NCBI GenBank assembly: GCA_051418015.1
Contig: JBPRGF010000027.1
Span: 1 to 45,888, forward strand
Origin: Candidatus Nitrospinota bacterium M3_3B_026
Lineage (GTDB): Bacteria; Nitrospinota_A; UBA7883; JBPRGF01
Direction of reading: 5' to 3'
Length of the DNA stretch: 45,888 bases
Shown here: positions 1-8,979 of the stretch, piece after piece
How positions within the stretch are numbered: the stretch's first letter is position 1
How the letters are laid out: each line of letters opens with the position of its first letter
The notes under the pieces: generated by a model
The model's input: the letters and a program-made list of their open reading frames with translations, nothing else
Database searches by the model: none
What the model was told of the DNA's origin: nothing
Program-made: the position numbers and the translations under genes

Positions 1-286
1 TGCCCAGCGCGCCGGGGCGGCGGCGAAGGACACGGCCTCGCTGATCGAGGACGCGGTAAAGAAAGCGGCTGACGGGGGCGAGATAGCCGACCGGGCGGGG
101 ACGGCCCTTGGCGGGATCGTGGACAGCGTGAAGAAGGTGACCGACCTGGTGGGCGAGATAGCCGCCGCGTCGAACGAGCAGGCGCAGGGGGTGGACCAGG
201 TGAACACCGCCGTGTCCCAGATGGACAAGGTGACCCAGCAGAACGCCGCCAACGCCGAGGAGTCCGCCGCGGCCGCCGAAGAGCTT
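1..286. repeat. Left copy of terminal inverted repeat (MCP signalling-domain DNA); partner at 45603-45888
   Basis: nt 1-141 are the exact reverse complement of 45748-45888; near-identity continues to nt 286 with about 9 mismatches, mostly at third codon positions. Confidence 0.95.
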
Positions 287-580
287 GCCGCTCACGCGAA
301 CGGCCTCAACCAGATCGTCATGGACCTGCGAGAAGTCGTCAAGGGAGGAGGCGCGGACGGCGCCGGTAGTGGCGAGAGACTGAAAACTCCTGCAACGAAG
401 CAGCAGGAAAAGACGCGCGCCCTGCCGCCGAGGAAGCATTCGGCCCCGGACACGGAAAGGCCGCATAGAAAAGAGCAACCCCGGACAAACGCAGGGCGGG
501 ACAGCGAGCAGAAGGAAGAGCGTCAAAAGGACTACAGGGAAAACGTCATACCGCTGGACGACGATTTCAAGGATTTTTAG
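1..580 (+). CDS. Methyl-accepting chemotaxis protein, 3' part only (truncated by window start)
   Basis: Frame is open from nt 2: AQRAGAAAKDTASLIE...EIAAASNEQAQGVDQVNTAVSQMDKVTQQNAANAEESAAAAEEL (MCP C-terminal signalling/methylation arm), then a flexible linker and terminal pentapeptide DFKDF. Confidence 0.95.
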   Translation, partial: AQRAGAAAKDTASLIEDAVKKAADGGEIADRAGTALGGIVDSVKKVTDLVGEIAAASNEQAQGVDQVNTAVSQMDKVTQQNAANAEESAAAAEELAAHANGLNQIVMDLREVVKGGGADGAGSGERLKTPATKQQEKTRALPPRKHSAPDTERPHRKEQPRTNAGRDSEQKEERQKDYRENVIPLDDDFKDF

Positions 581-654
581 GGGCGCTCCTCTTTTCCGCC
601 GCTCCCTTTCTGTACAGGAGAGCCTTGCGCAACCTGGCCACAATCGTCCACTGT

Positions 655-709
655 TGTCGCCCTGAACGAGCCGAAGCCCTGAGCGGAAACCGAATCCGTG
701 AAGGGCCTC
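655..709. repeat. Degenerate copy of the GTCAT(C/T/G)CTGAG REP-like palindromic family
   Basis: tgtcgccctgaacgag...gtgaagggcctc resembles the left arm of the copies at 1510, 24516 and 26209; lies between convergent genes. Confidence 0.35.
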
Positions 710-811
710 AAAACGACAACATGGCGAAGGCGCTGGTTATGCGAAGCTCTCGGCAAACAGGGAACGGCGCGAAAAATGCGCCGGGGGTAAACGGCAAAAG
801 GGACGGCGCCC

Positions 812-1360
812 CTAAAGATACAGCTCCATGAGCCTTTCCTTTTCCCTCTCGTACATGTCGAGGGCCTGCCGCACGGCTTTCGCCGCCTCGTCGTGATTCA
901 GAAAGTCTTTCACCGTCACCTCCTTCTTCTCCAGCGTCTTGTACTCCTCGAAGAATTTTTTGAGTTCATGGCGCTGGTAGGCGGGAAGCTGGCTTATGTT
1001 GAAAATCTCCGTGTAGGCCGGGTCCTTGTCCGCCACGGCTATGACCTTGTCGTCCAGCTCGCCCTGGTCGAGCATCCGCATCATGCCGATCACTCTCCCC
1101 TCCACGATGGTCCCGGAGGGGATGGTCTCGGAGCAGAGGACGAAGATGTCTATGGGGTCCTTATCCTCGCAGTAGGTCCTTGGTATGAACCCGTAGCTGT
1201 GGGGGTAGTGCACCGCGCCGTGCAGGACCCTGTCCACTTTCAGAAGGCCCGTCTCCTTGTCCAGCTCCAGCTTGAGCCTGGAGTTGCGCTCGATCTCTAT
1301 GTACGCCTTCACGTAGCCAGGCGCCTTGTCGCCGACTTCTATGTCAAACCATGGATGCAT
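812..1360 (-). CDS. ppa: Family I soluble inorganic pyrophosphatase
   Basis: Motifs YPHSYGFIPRT, EDKDPIDIFV (DxDPxD), DQGELDDKVIAV, FFEEYK. Confidence 0.95.
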   Translation of the reverse strand: MHPWFDIEVGDKAPGYVKAYIEIERNSRLKLELDKETGLLKVDRVLHGAVHYPHSYGFIPRTYCEDKDPIDIFVLCSETIPSGTIVEGRVIGMMRMLDQGELDDKVIAVADKDPAYTEIFNISQLPAYQRHELKKFFEEYKTLEKKEVTVKDFLNHDEAAKAVRQALDMYEREKERLMELYL

Positions 1361-1424
1361 AGCGTCTCTCCCGAGATTTCATGTCCGCCCCGCGGGCGCG
1401 GGACGCTCGCGGGAAAAATTGCTT

Positions 1425-1453
1425 AGTATGGTTCACCGGCAGGGGAACGTCAA
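1425..1453 (-). promoter_or_regulatory. Putative sigma70 promoter of ppa
   Basis: Minus strand TTGACG-N17-CATACT about 65 nt upstream of the start codon. Confidence 0.55.
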
Positions 1454-1509
1454 GGGCGAAGGCGTTTTGGCGGAGGGCCGGAGGGGGGTTCTCCACGCCG
1501 CCCTCTCGC

Positions 1510-1539
1510 GTCATCCTGAGGCGAAAGCCGAAAGACCTC
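1510..1539. repeat. REP-like element, single arm
   Basis: gtcatcctgaggcgaaagccgaaagacctc, the left-arm type of the family also seen at 24516 and 26209. Confidence 0.6.
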
Positions 1540-1555
1540 GCCTCTAACTGATCCA

Positions 1556-2326
1556 CTACCAATCCTTTTCCGAGCCGAGGCTCAAAAAGCTCTCAGACCG
1601 CATCTGGCGGCGGACATGGGCGCTCACGTAGCTTCTGACCAGGCCGCCAAGCTCGGCCACGACCTCCTCCCCCGCCGAAAGGCGTGAAAGCTTCTCCGGC
1701 GGCATGGAAAGCCCCCTCGCCATCAGCCGCACCGCGCCCATGGCAGTCTTCACGGCGGAGGGCGCCGCCGGAGCGCAGGCGCGGCACACGGCGCCGCCCC
1801 TGACCGGGTCGAACCAGACCTCGGCCCCTTCAAGCTCGCCGCGGCACATTGAGCATCTGTCCAGGACCGGCTGAAAACCGGCCCCGGAGATATACCGAAG
1901 CTCGAACAGGCGCAAAAGCAGGTCCATCCTCGCGGGCCGCTCCTCCCTGGTAAGCGCCCGCCACAGCTCCAGAAGGCTTTCGAACCCGCGCCGGTTCTCG
2001 TCCCCTTCCCGCTGGAGGGCGTCGACAAGCTCCACGGAGACCCACGCCCTGCCGAGCTTCTCGAAGTCGCCGCGCAGGGTCATGAAGGGATCGAGCATGT
2101 CCAGCGAGTTCAGCCTGTAAAGCTCCGTCTTCTCCTTGCCGAAGAATATGGCCCTCACCAGCGAGAAGGGCTCGAGCCTGCCGCCGAACCTGCTCTTCGG
2201 CCGCAGGGCGCCTTTGGCGACGGCCTTCACCTTCCCGAAACGCTCGGTGAAGAGAGTGGCTATCTTGTCCGCCTCGCCGAGCCTTATCGTTCTCAGGATG
2301 ACGGCGGGCGATTCGTAAAGGGGCAT
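1556..2326 (-). CDS. recO: DNA repair protein RecO
   Basis: N-terminal OB fold (GEADKIATLFTERFGKVKAVAKGA...SRFGGRLEPF), Zn-finger CxxC...CxxC; directly downstream of era. Confidence 0.95.
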   Translation of the reverse strand: MPLYESPAVILRTIRLGEADKIATLFTERFGKVKAVAKGALRPKSRFGGRLEPFSLVRAIFFGKEKTELYRLNSLDMLDPFMTLRGDFEKLGRAWVSVELVDALQREGDENRRGFESLLELWRALTREERPARMDLLLRLFELRYISGAGFQPVLDRCSMCRGELEGAEVWFDPVRGGAVCRACAPAAPSAVKTAMGAVRLMARGLSMPPEKLSRLSAGEEVVAELGGLVRSYVSAHVRRQMRSESFLSLGSEKDW

Positions 2327-2338
2327 CGGCCCGGGCCC

Positions 2339-3250
2339 TCAGGAAAAATCCCCGCCATAGCCGAGGCGCGAGACGCCCTTGCGGCCGCGGGTCCATTTCT
2401 TTTCCACCTTGACGGAAAGGTCCAGGAACACCTTCGCCCCCAGCCTGCGCTCGATCTCGGCCCTGGCGGCCGCCCCTGTCTTCTTGAGCATGGCGCCGCC
2501 CTTCCCTATCACGATGCCCTTCTGCGACTCCCTCTCCACGTATATGTCCGCCGTTATCACCACGGCGCCCCGGGGCGTGTCCTCCACCCCCGTCGTCAGG
2601 ACGGCAGTGGAGTACGGTATCTCCTGCTGGAGAGAGTAGAAGAGCTTCTCCCTGATGATCTCCGCGATCATGAAGCTCTCCGGCTGGTCGGTTATCATGT
2701 CCGGGGGATAGAAGGCCGGCCCCTCCGGCAGGACGCCGGAGAGATACTCCACCAGCTCGTCCACGCCCTCCCCCGTCTTCGCGCTGAGAAGGAGAACCTC
2801 GTCGAACTTCCGCAGTTTCGACAATTCGCCGATCCTTTCAAGCAGGAGAGGCTTTTTCACGATGTCGATCTTGTTGATGACGAGGGCCATCGGCGCGGAG
2901 GCCCGTGCCAGCCTGCCAAGAACGTAGCGCTCCTCATCCGTGTCCGGTCTCGCCGCGTCGGTGACCAGGAGGACGGCGTCGCAGTCTTCTATGGACCTTA
3001 TCGCCGTCTCCACCAGCGCCGCGTTCAGGGCGGAGCCTTTTTTCCTCATCACGCCGGGTGTGTCCACGAAGACGATCTGCAGCCCCGGCCTCGTCATGAT
3101 CCCTATGATCCTGTTCCTGGTGGTCTGCGGACGGGGCGAGGTGATGGCCACCTTGCCCCCGGCGAGGCGATTGACGAGGGTGGACTTGCCTGTGTTGGGC
3201 CTTCCCGCGACGGCGACGAAGCCGGACCTGACCTTTTCCTTGTCAACCAC
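2339..3250 (-). CDS. era: GTPase Era
   Basis: G1 GRPNTGKST, PQTTR, DTPG, NKID; KH domain with SQKGIVIGKGG. Confidence 0.97.
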   Translation of the reverse strand: MVDKEKVRSGFVAVAGRPNTGKSTLVNRLAGGKVAITSPRPQTTRNRIIGIMTRPGLQIVFVDTPGVMRKKGSALNAALVETAIRSIEDCDAVLLVTDAARPDTDEERYVLGRLARASAPMALVINKIDIVKKPLLLERIGELSKLRKFDEVLLLSAKTGEGVDELVEYLSGVLPEGPAFYPPDMITDQPESFMIAEIIREKLFYSLQQEIPYSTAVLTTGVEDTPRGAVVITADIYVERESQKGIVIGKGGAMLKKTGAAARAEIERRLGAKVFLDLSVKVEKKWTRGRKGVSRLGYGGDFS

Positions 3251-3938
3251 CGGCCGATTTCAGGCGGGCAACCTCTCCTTTCAGGAACTCGTAGCGCAGC
3301 CGCTGGATGAAGACCAGGGCGAAGAGCAGGCCGAAGGCCACGAAACAGGACTGGATGGCGGCGAACATCTCCGGCTCCATCCCCGGGTCGCCCGGCGCCT
3401 TCTCCAGCACGGGGTGCAGCCCCCTGCTCCAGAGCTTGACGCTCCAGTGCACAAGCGGCACGTCGGCGTACCCCACGATCCCCATGACAGCGGCGTACTT
3501 CGCCCTCAGCGTCTCATCTTCCACCCGCGACCGGAGGACGAGGTATCCCACGAATATGAGCCACAGGATGAACGACGTGGTGAGCCGCGGATCCCAGGTC
3601 CACCATGCGCCCCATATCGGCTTGCCCCACAGCATCCCCGTCACCAGCATCAACGTGGCAAGAGCCACGCCAAGATCCGCTCCGGAGACGGCGGCTCTGT
3701 CCCAGGCCAGGTCCTTCGTCCAGAGATAGCCGATGGACCCGGCGAAGGTGATGAAAAACCCGACGTAGCAGAAGATCGCCACGGGAACGTGAAAATAGAA
3801 TATCCTCTGCGGCCAGCCCATCACCCTCTCCATGGGCGCGTGGACGAAGACCATGTAGATGGAGACCATCATCATGACCGCCGCCGCCACGGCCAGCGCG
3901 TCGCCGATGGGGCCGATGTTCTTTTTCAGAAAACTCAT
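3243..3938 (-). CDS. ccmC: Heme exporter protein C (cytochrome c maturation system I)
   Basis: QRIFYFHVP, tryptophan-rich WGKPIWGAWWTWDPRLT motif, LHP. Start placed at ATG 3938 rather than the ORF-track start 4019. Confidence 0.93.
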   Translation of the reverse strand: MSFLKKNIGPIGDALAVAAAVMMMVSIYMVFVHAPMERVMGWPQRIFYFHVPVAIFCYVGFFITFAGSIGYLWTKDLAWDRAAVSGADLGVALATLMLVTGMLWGKPIWGAWWTWDPRLTTSFILWLIFVGYLVLRSRVEDETLRAKYAAVMGIVGYADVPLVHWSVKLWSRGLHPVLEKAPGDPGMEPEMFAAIQSCFVAFGLLFALVFIQRLRYEFLKGEVARLKSAGG

Positions 3939-4078
3939 TTCCGGAAGTTGGAGAGCTCCCGCTCCAGCCCGGTTATCTTCCGCCCCAGGTAAAAGACATA
4001 GGCGAAAAAAACGAGCCAAACGATCGCGTAAGCGGCTATAACGTAGCTCATGTCAAAATTCCTTCGAAAAAAACGCCG

Positions 4079-4107
4079 GGATTCTTCGCCTTCGGCTCAG
4101 AATGACA
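4079..4107. repeat. REP-like element right arm between ccmB and ccmC
   Basis: ggattcttcgccttcggctcagaatgaca, identical (29/29) to 26260-26288. Confidence 0.85.
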
Positions 4108-4147
4108 TAGCGGGGCGTCCGAACAACATTGCCAATACGGCGGCCCG

Positions 4148-4828
4148 TCATTCCTCGATGATATGCTCGAAAACAAGCCACGGCAAAACCAAGTATACCA
4201 CGTCGAAAACCAGCAGTATCTTGAACCAGACCGCAAGCGCCTCCAGCGGCTCGCCCCGGACAAGCCCGCCGGAGGCCTTCACCGCCGCGATCACCACCGG
4301 CGCGACAACGGGGAACATCAGCAGCGGGCCCATCATCTCCCTGGCTCTCAGGTTCACGGACATGGCCGATATCAGCGTGCCCACCGAGACGAACCCCATC
4401 GTCCCCAGAAGCAGCGCGGCGCTCTGCCAGAAGAAACGCTCCATCACGTTCACGTTGAACAACACTATGAGTATCGGGACGATGAAGACCACCCCGGCCA
4501 TCGTCAGAACGAAGTTCGTAATGGCCTTGCCGAAGTATATCGCCGACCGGTCCACGGGGGCGAGCATCAGGGCGTGAAGGCAGCCGTCCTCCTTCTCGTA
4601 GAGAAACGAGCGGTTCATGGAAAGGGCGCCGGAGAACAGGATCGCCACCCACAAAACCCCCGCCGCCACGTCCTCGACCCTGACGGCGGTCATGTCGAAG
4701 GCGAAGTTGAATATCACCATGACCAGCAGGGCGAAAAGCAACGTGGTGCTGAAAATCTCCTTGCCGCGAAGCTCCATGGAAAGGTCCTTGCGGACGATGT
4801 TGACAACGTCGGCCCAGAACCGCCTCAT
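4148..4828 (-). CDS. ccmB: Heme exporter protein B
   Basis: Multi-TM protein with KDLSMELR, GVLWVAILF, EKEDGCL..L.LAP motifs; lies between ccmA and ccmC. Confidence 0.93.
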   Translation of the reverse strand: MRRFWADVVNIVRKDLSMELRGKEIFSTTLLFALLVMVIFNFAFDMTAVRVEDVAAGVLWVAILFSGALSMNRSFLYEKEDGCLHALMLAPVDRSAIYFGKAITNFVLTMAGVVFIVPILIVLFNVNVMERFFWQSAALLLGTMGFVSVGTLISAMSVNLRAREMMGPLLMFPVVAPVVIAAVKASGGLVRGEPLEALAVWFKILLVFDVVYLVLPWLVFEHIIEE

Positions 4829-4846
4829 CGCAAACCCGCTCCCCCG

Positions 4847-5581
4847 TCAGTAATGGGCCTGGCCCACGACGCCGAAATAGACGTCGTGGAAGGAGGCGTA
4901 GTCGAGCCCCTCGGCGGGGCGGTCCAGCCGGACGCCGCCAGCCACGAGCGCAAGGACCCTCGCGCCCATCTCGAGCCCGGCCTTGATGTTGTGGGTTATC
5001 ATCACCACCGTCTTGCCCTCCCCGGCCAGGCGGCCCAGGGTCTTGCGCAGCATGTCCGCCGCGTGCTGGTCCAGCCCGGTGAAAGGCTCGTCGAGCAGGA
5101 TTATGTCCGGGCCGTTGACGAGCGCCCTGGCGATGGAGAGGCGCTGGCGCATCCCGCGGCTGAAGGTCTGGACGACGTCGTCCGCCCTGGCGGAAAGCCC
5201 CACATCCCCCAAAAGCTCATCCGCCCTGCCCCCGGGATCCGGAACACCGTAGAGCCTGGCGAAAAACATAAGGTTCTCCCGCGCCGTCAGCTGGCCGTAG
5301 ACGAAGCTCTGGTGCGATATGTAGCCTATCCTGTTCCTTATCTCGTCGTGGTGGCCGCCGGTGACGTCCACGCCGGCGATGTGAATCTCGCCTCCGGTCG
5401 GTCTTATCAAGCCCGCGATTATCCTCAGAAGAGTCGTCTTTCCGGCCCCGTTGGGGCCGAAGATGGTGACCGCCTCTCCTTCCCGGAAATCGAGGCTCAC
5501 CCCGTCAAGGGCCGTGACCCTGCCGTATCGCTTGCTCGCCCCCCTCAACGATATCAGGGGCTTTTGATCTGTCTCGGGCAT
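4847..5581 (-). CDS. ccmA: Heme exporter ABC ATPase
   Basis: Walker A GPNGAGKTT, signature FSRGMRQR, Walker B LLDEPF; directly upstream of ccmB. Confidence 0.9.
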   Translation of the reverse strand: MPETDQKPLISLRGASKRYGRVTALDGVSLDFREGEAVTIFGPNGAGKTTLLRIIAGLIRPTGGEIHIAGVDVTGGHHDEIRNRIGYISHQSFVYGQLTARENLMFFARLYGVPDPGGRADELLGDVGLSARADDVVQTFSRGMRQRLSIARALVNGPDIILLDEPFTGLDQHAADMLRKTLGRLAGEGKTVVMITHNIKAGLEMGARVLALVAGGVRLDRPAEGLDYASFHDVYFGVVGQAHY

Positions 5582-5624
5582 AGGGGGTATTGTCTTCCAG
5601 CGGCGCGGGAACAGTCAACGCATT

Positions 5625-5700
5625 AAAAAAAAGGGCGCCCCGGAGACCGCTTGGGGCATGAGGAAAAAAAGTCTCCGGGGCGTAGGGGCCAAACCATCTG
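5625..5700 (-). ncRNA. Candidate ~75-nt small RNA (12-bp stem-loop plus U-tract)
   Basis: Promoter-like TTGATT-N17-TAGATT (5735-5707), perfect stem 5636-5647/5671-5682, followed by U8. Confidence 0.45.
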
Positions 5701-5868
5701 ACGTTTAATCTAGGTCAAGCGCCGGCGAAAATCAAGCCTTTTTACCCGCATGTCAGACTTTTATTATAAAACCCGCGCGGCGGCGAAACGGCGGATGAGG
5801 GGAGCCCCCGCAAAAAAGGTGTTCAGAAGCGGAGCGCCGGGCTGGGGGGCAGGGTCGTCGGCGCGCTT

Positions 5869-6720
5869 TCAGGACGAAGAGCCCGCGCCTTTTCCCGCGG
5901 CGCCGGGCTCCTTTCTGTTCACTATCACGACCTCGGCCGCGCCGCCCCCGTCCTCTTCGACGGTGAAGCTGTCGGCGTAATACCCGATCGTCATCATGGT
6001 CACCATCTCCGGGTCGCCAAGGTCGGCGTCCTCCATCTCGCGGGCGGCGGCCCAGGCGTCGTAGGTTCCGGGAGGCGCCGCAAAGCTCATCCGGGTGTCT
6101 TCCTCGCCTATGACCACCCTGGCCAGGATGGGCTCGCCCGATCCACGCTCGATCCCGGCGGCGACGGCCTTGACCATCATCTCGTCGAACACGAATGGCA
6201 ATATCGTCGTATAATAGCGGGAGGGATATCCCATGCTCCGCGCCACGTCGGCCACAAGGCGCCCCGCCGCGGGAACGTCCTCCATCTTCGGGAGCAGTTT
6301 GAAATCAATGGAGCTTGCGGCCCCCTCGACACCCGGCGCGGACTCCTCCACCAGGTGCGGCAGCCTCATGCCCTTGTCCACCACGCCGAGGATCGTCTCG
6401 GCGTCAAACGGCTTGCTGAGGAAAAAGAACGCGCCCCGGTCCAGCGACTCTATGGCCGTGGCCACGTCGCCATAGCCGGAGATGGCTATAACCGGTATCC
6501 TCGGGTCAAGGTCCCGGGCCTGTTTTATGAGGTCCAGCCCGCTCACGCCCGGCATCCTGATGTCCGTGATGAGAAGATGAACGCGGTTGTCCTGGAGCAG
6601 GACAAGCCCCTCCATCGCCGACGCCGCGGTGAATGTTTTATACCCGGCGCGGGCGAGTATCCGGTCCAGCGTCCGGCATATCTCCTCTTCGTCGTCGACG
6701 ATCAGTATGGTCTTGTCCAT
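5869..6720 (-). CDS. Response regulator: intact receiver domain plus degenerate anti-sigma-type HATPase-like domain
   Basis: ILIVDD, LLITDIRMPG, ISG, LSKPF receiver motifs; C-terminal FDEMMVKAV...YYADSF follows the RsbW-like HATPase layout. Confidence 0.85.
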   Translation of the reverse strand: MDKTILIVDDEEEICRTLDRILARAGYKTFTAASAMEGLVLLQDNRVHLLITDIRMPGVSGLDLIKQARDLDPRIPVIAISGYGDVATAIESLDRGAFFFLSKPFDAETILGVVDKGMRLPHLVEESAPGVEGAASSIDFKLLPKMEDVPAAGRLVADVARSMGYPSRYYTTILPFVFDEMMVKAVAAGIERGSGEPILARVVIGEEDTRMSFAAPPGTYDAWAAAREMEDADLGDPEMVTMMTIGYYADSFTVEEDGGGAAEVVIVNRKEPGAAGKGAGSSS

Positions 6721-6977
6721 GTTTTCTTCAAGGGAAATCCGCAGGGCCGGGGGTTTTTCCGGCGCGTCCTGGAATCATTGCGACTAAAGTTAGTAAGAAA
6801 CTTGGTATATTACCATAATGATACTCACAATTGCAAATAATTATGGAAAACACGGCCGGTGTCATCCCCCGTCCGAAGGAGGGGCGGCGCCAGCAGCCAC
6901 GGTTTCCCCTAATGCCCGGGGCGTCCCTTTCCGATATATTTCAAAGGATGTGAAAACGGACTGTTATTCCGGTGGTC

Positions 6978-8060
6978 ATGACGAAAAAAGGGCAATACAG
7001 GGCCGCGATAATAGGGACAGGCAGGATAGGCAGCCTGCTGGAGGACGACCCCCTGCGCGGAAAACCGGCCAGCCACGCCGGAGCCTTCGCCGCCCATCCG
7101 AAAACCGTGATCGCCGCGGGATGCGACATAAACCCTGAAAACCTGGAAAAGTTCGGCGGGCGCTGGGGAACGCGGAGGCTATACTCCGATTTCCGGGAGA
7201 TGATCCAGCGGGAGAGACCGGACATCGTATCCGTCGCGACATGGACGGACACCCACGCCGAGATCGTCATCCACGCGGCGGAAAAGGGCGTGAAAGGCAT
7301 CTACTGCGAAAAACCGATCGCCGTCGCCGCGTCCGCCGCGAAGGAGATGATCCAGGCGTGCGAGGAGAACGGCGCCGCGCTCGTCATCGGCCACGAGAGG
7401 CGCTGGGACTCAAGGTTCCGCGTGATCCGTGACATGCTGTCGGCGGGGAAGCTGGGCGCGCTTCGCTCCATGACAGGCTACACGCTGAGCCTTCCGCCCC
7501 CAAAGCTCTCCCGGGAAAAACACGGCGGCGGGCCGATGTTCCATGACGGCACGCACCTTGTCGACCTTTTCCGTTTTTTCGCCGGGGAGGCCGCCTACGT
7601 CATCGGGATCGAGGACAGGCCCCACGGCGAATCCTGCGTGGAGAGCACGGCTCTTGGGCTCGTCGTTTTCGAGAACGGCGCCAAGGGGCTGATCCTGGGC
7701 GGGGGCGAGCGGGGCTATTTCCACTTCGAGATAGACATACAGACGGACATGGCCCGCGTCATCCTTGGCAACCATACCCACAGGCTCTACATGACAAAGC
7801 CCAGCAAAAGGTTCACGGGCTTCAGCGAGCTCGAGCGCGTCCCGTTCCCTGACTCCGGCCCGGCGGTGAACCCATTCGTGGGCGGAGTGAGCGATCTGAT
7901 CGAACAGATGGAGACGGGGAAAAGGCCGGTATCGTCAGGCTATGACGGCTACAAGGCGCTGGAGATGATAGAGGCGCTCTATGAATCCGCCGGAAACGGC
8001 CGCTCGCCCGCGCTCCTGCCGCTTTCCGGCGCCGAACCAGCCTTGAGAACCGTCGCCTGA
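6978..8060 (+). CDS. Gfo/Idh/MocA family NAD(P)-dependent oxidoreductase
   Basis: AAIIGTGRIG Rossmann motif, CEKP, GHERR, HDGTHLVD. Confidence 0.92.
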   Translation: MTKKGQYRAAIIGTGRIGSLLEDDPLRGKPASHAGAFAAHPKTVIAAGCDINPENLEKFGGRWGTRRLYSDFREMIQRERPDIVSVATWTDTHAEIVIHAAEKGVKGIYCEKPIAVAASAAKEMIQACEENGAALVIGHERRWDSRFRVIRDMLSAGKLGALRSMTGYTLSLPPPKLSREKHGGGPMFHDGTHLVDLFRFFAGEAAYVIGIEDRPHGESCVESTALGLVVFENGAKGLILGGGERGYFHFEIDIQTDMARVILGNHTHRLYMTKPSKRFTGFSELERVPFPDSGPAVNPFVGGVSDLIEQMETGKRPVSSGYDGYKALEMIEALYESAGNGRSPALLPLSGAEPALRTVA

Positions 8061-8074
8061 AAAAAGGGTCCGGC

Positions 8075-8959
8075 TCACTTTTCGAAACCGTCCAGCCAGC
8101 CGGAGGCCGTCACCCACTCGTACCACAGCGCCAGCGCCTTCCACCGGCCGAATCGCTCGTACCTTTTCTCTATCTGCCTGTCCGTCATCGGTCTTCCGTT
8201 GATCTTACGCATCAGGGCATGGACGGCGGAGTCGATGGTGAGATGTCCGTACTCGCCGTGGAGCGTCAGCAGGTACGCGGCGGTCGCCTTGCCGACGCCT
8301 TTTATGGAAAGAAAAAGCTCCCGCAGCTCGCCGCCTGCAAGCTCCCCCTTGTCCACGGGCTCGAGGTCCAGCTCCCCCTCCGCCACGCGGCGGCAAAGCT
8401 CGACGACGTACTCGGCCCGATAGCCCACCCGGGCCTTTTCCTTGAGCCACTCCGGCCCCGCCTCCAGTATCATCGAAGGCGCCGGGAAGAGGCGCAGCGG
8501 CGAGCCGGGGGCGCCTTCGCCGAGGGCCGATATCCTGTGGATCATCATCACCGCCTGCCTCCAGGCCACGTTCGTCCCGAGTATGGATTTGACGATATCC
8601 TCGAAAGCCGACGGCGACCGCAGGATCCTGCCCGCGCCCGTTCTCGCGGCGGACCTCAGCCGGGGCTCGGAGCGGGCCAGCTTGTAGAATCCGGAAAAAT
8701 CCTCGTCGAGGCGCAGGCAATGGGCGGCGGTTTTCAAATCGGCCTTCAGGACGCGCCCCTTCTTCGCCCTGACCAGGACGCCTCCCCTCCCCTGCCGCAT
8801 CTCGATCACGGACGGGCTCCCGCCTTTTCTGGCGACCGCCATCTCCAGGGTCTCCCTCTCCCCGTCCCATTCAAAGGGCGGCGTCTGGCAGAAGCCGTGG
8901 GAAAGCGCCGTGAGGCGCAGGCTGAAAGGCCCGTTCGCCTTCAGGAATTTTTCGCTCAC
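8075..8959 (-). CDS. HhH-GPD DNA glycosylase (AlkA/OGG1-like)
   Basis: FEDIVKSILGTN, FPAP, VGYRAEY, HhH motif LSIKGVGKATA, followed by a catalytic-position Asp (TIDS). Confidence 0.88.
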   Translation of the reverse strand: MSEKFLKANGPFSLRLTALSHGFCQTPPFEWDGERETLEMAVARKGGSPSVIEMRQGRGGVLVRAKKGRVLKADLKTAAHCLRLDEDFSGFYKLARSEPRLRSAARTGAGRILRSPSAFEDIVKSILGTNVAWRQAVMMIHRISALGEGAPGSPLRLFPAPSMILEAGPEWLKEKARVGYRAEYVVELCRRVAEGELDLEPVDKGELAGGELRELFLSIKGVGKATAAYLLTLHGEYGHLTIDSAVHALMRKINGRPMTDRQIEKRYERFGRWKALALWYEWVTASGWLDGFEK

Positions 8960-8979
8960 GTCGGTTAAAATATCAGGAT

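Noticed and set aside
1..141. Terminal inverted repeats as ends of a transposon, linear plasmid or phage
   Set aside because: The repeat is MCP coding sequence, no transposase or replication genes are present, the cargo is core chromosomal genes, and 141 bp matches an assembler k-mer.
625..831. 68-aa ORF between the MCP and ppa
   Set aside because: Overlaps a degenerate repeat and the ppa stop; no protein-like signal.
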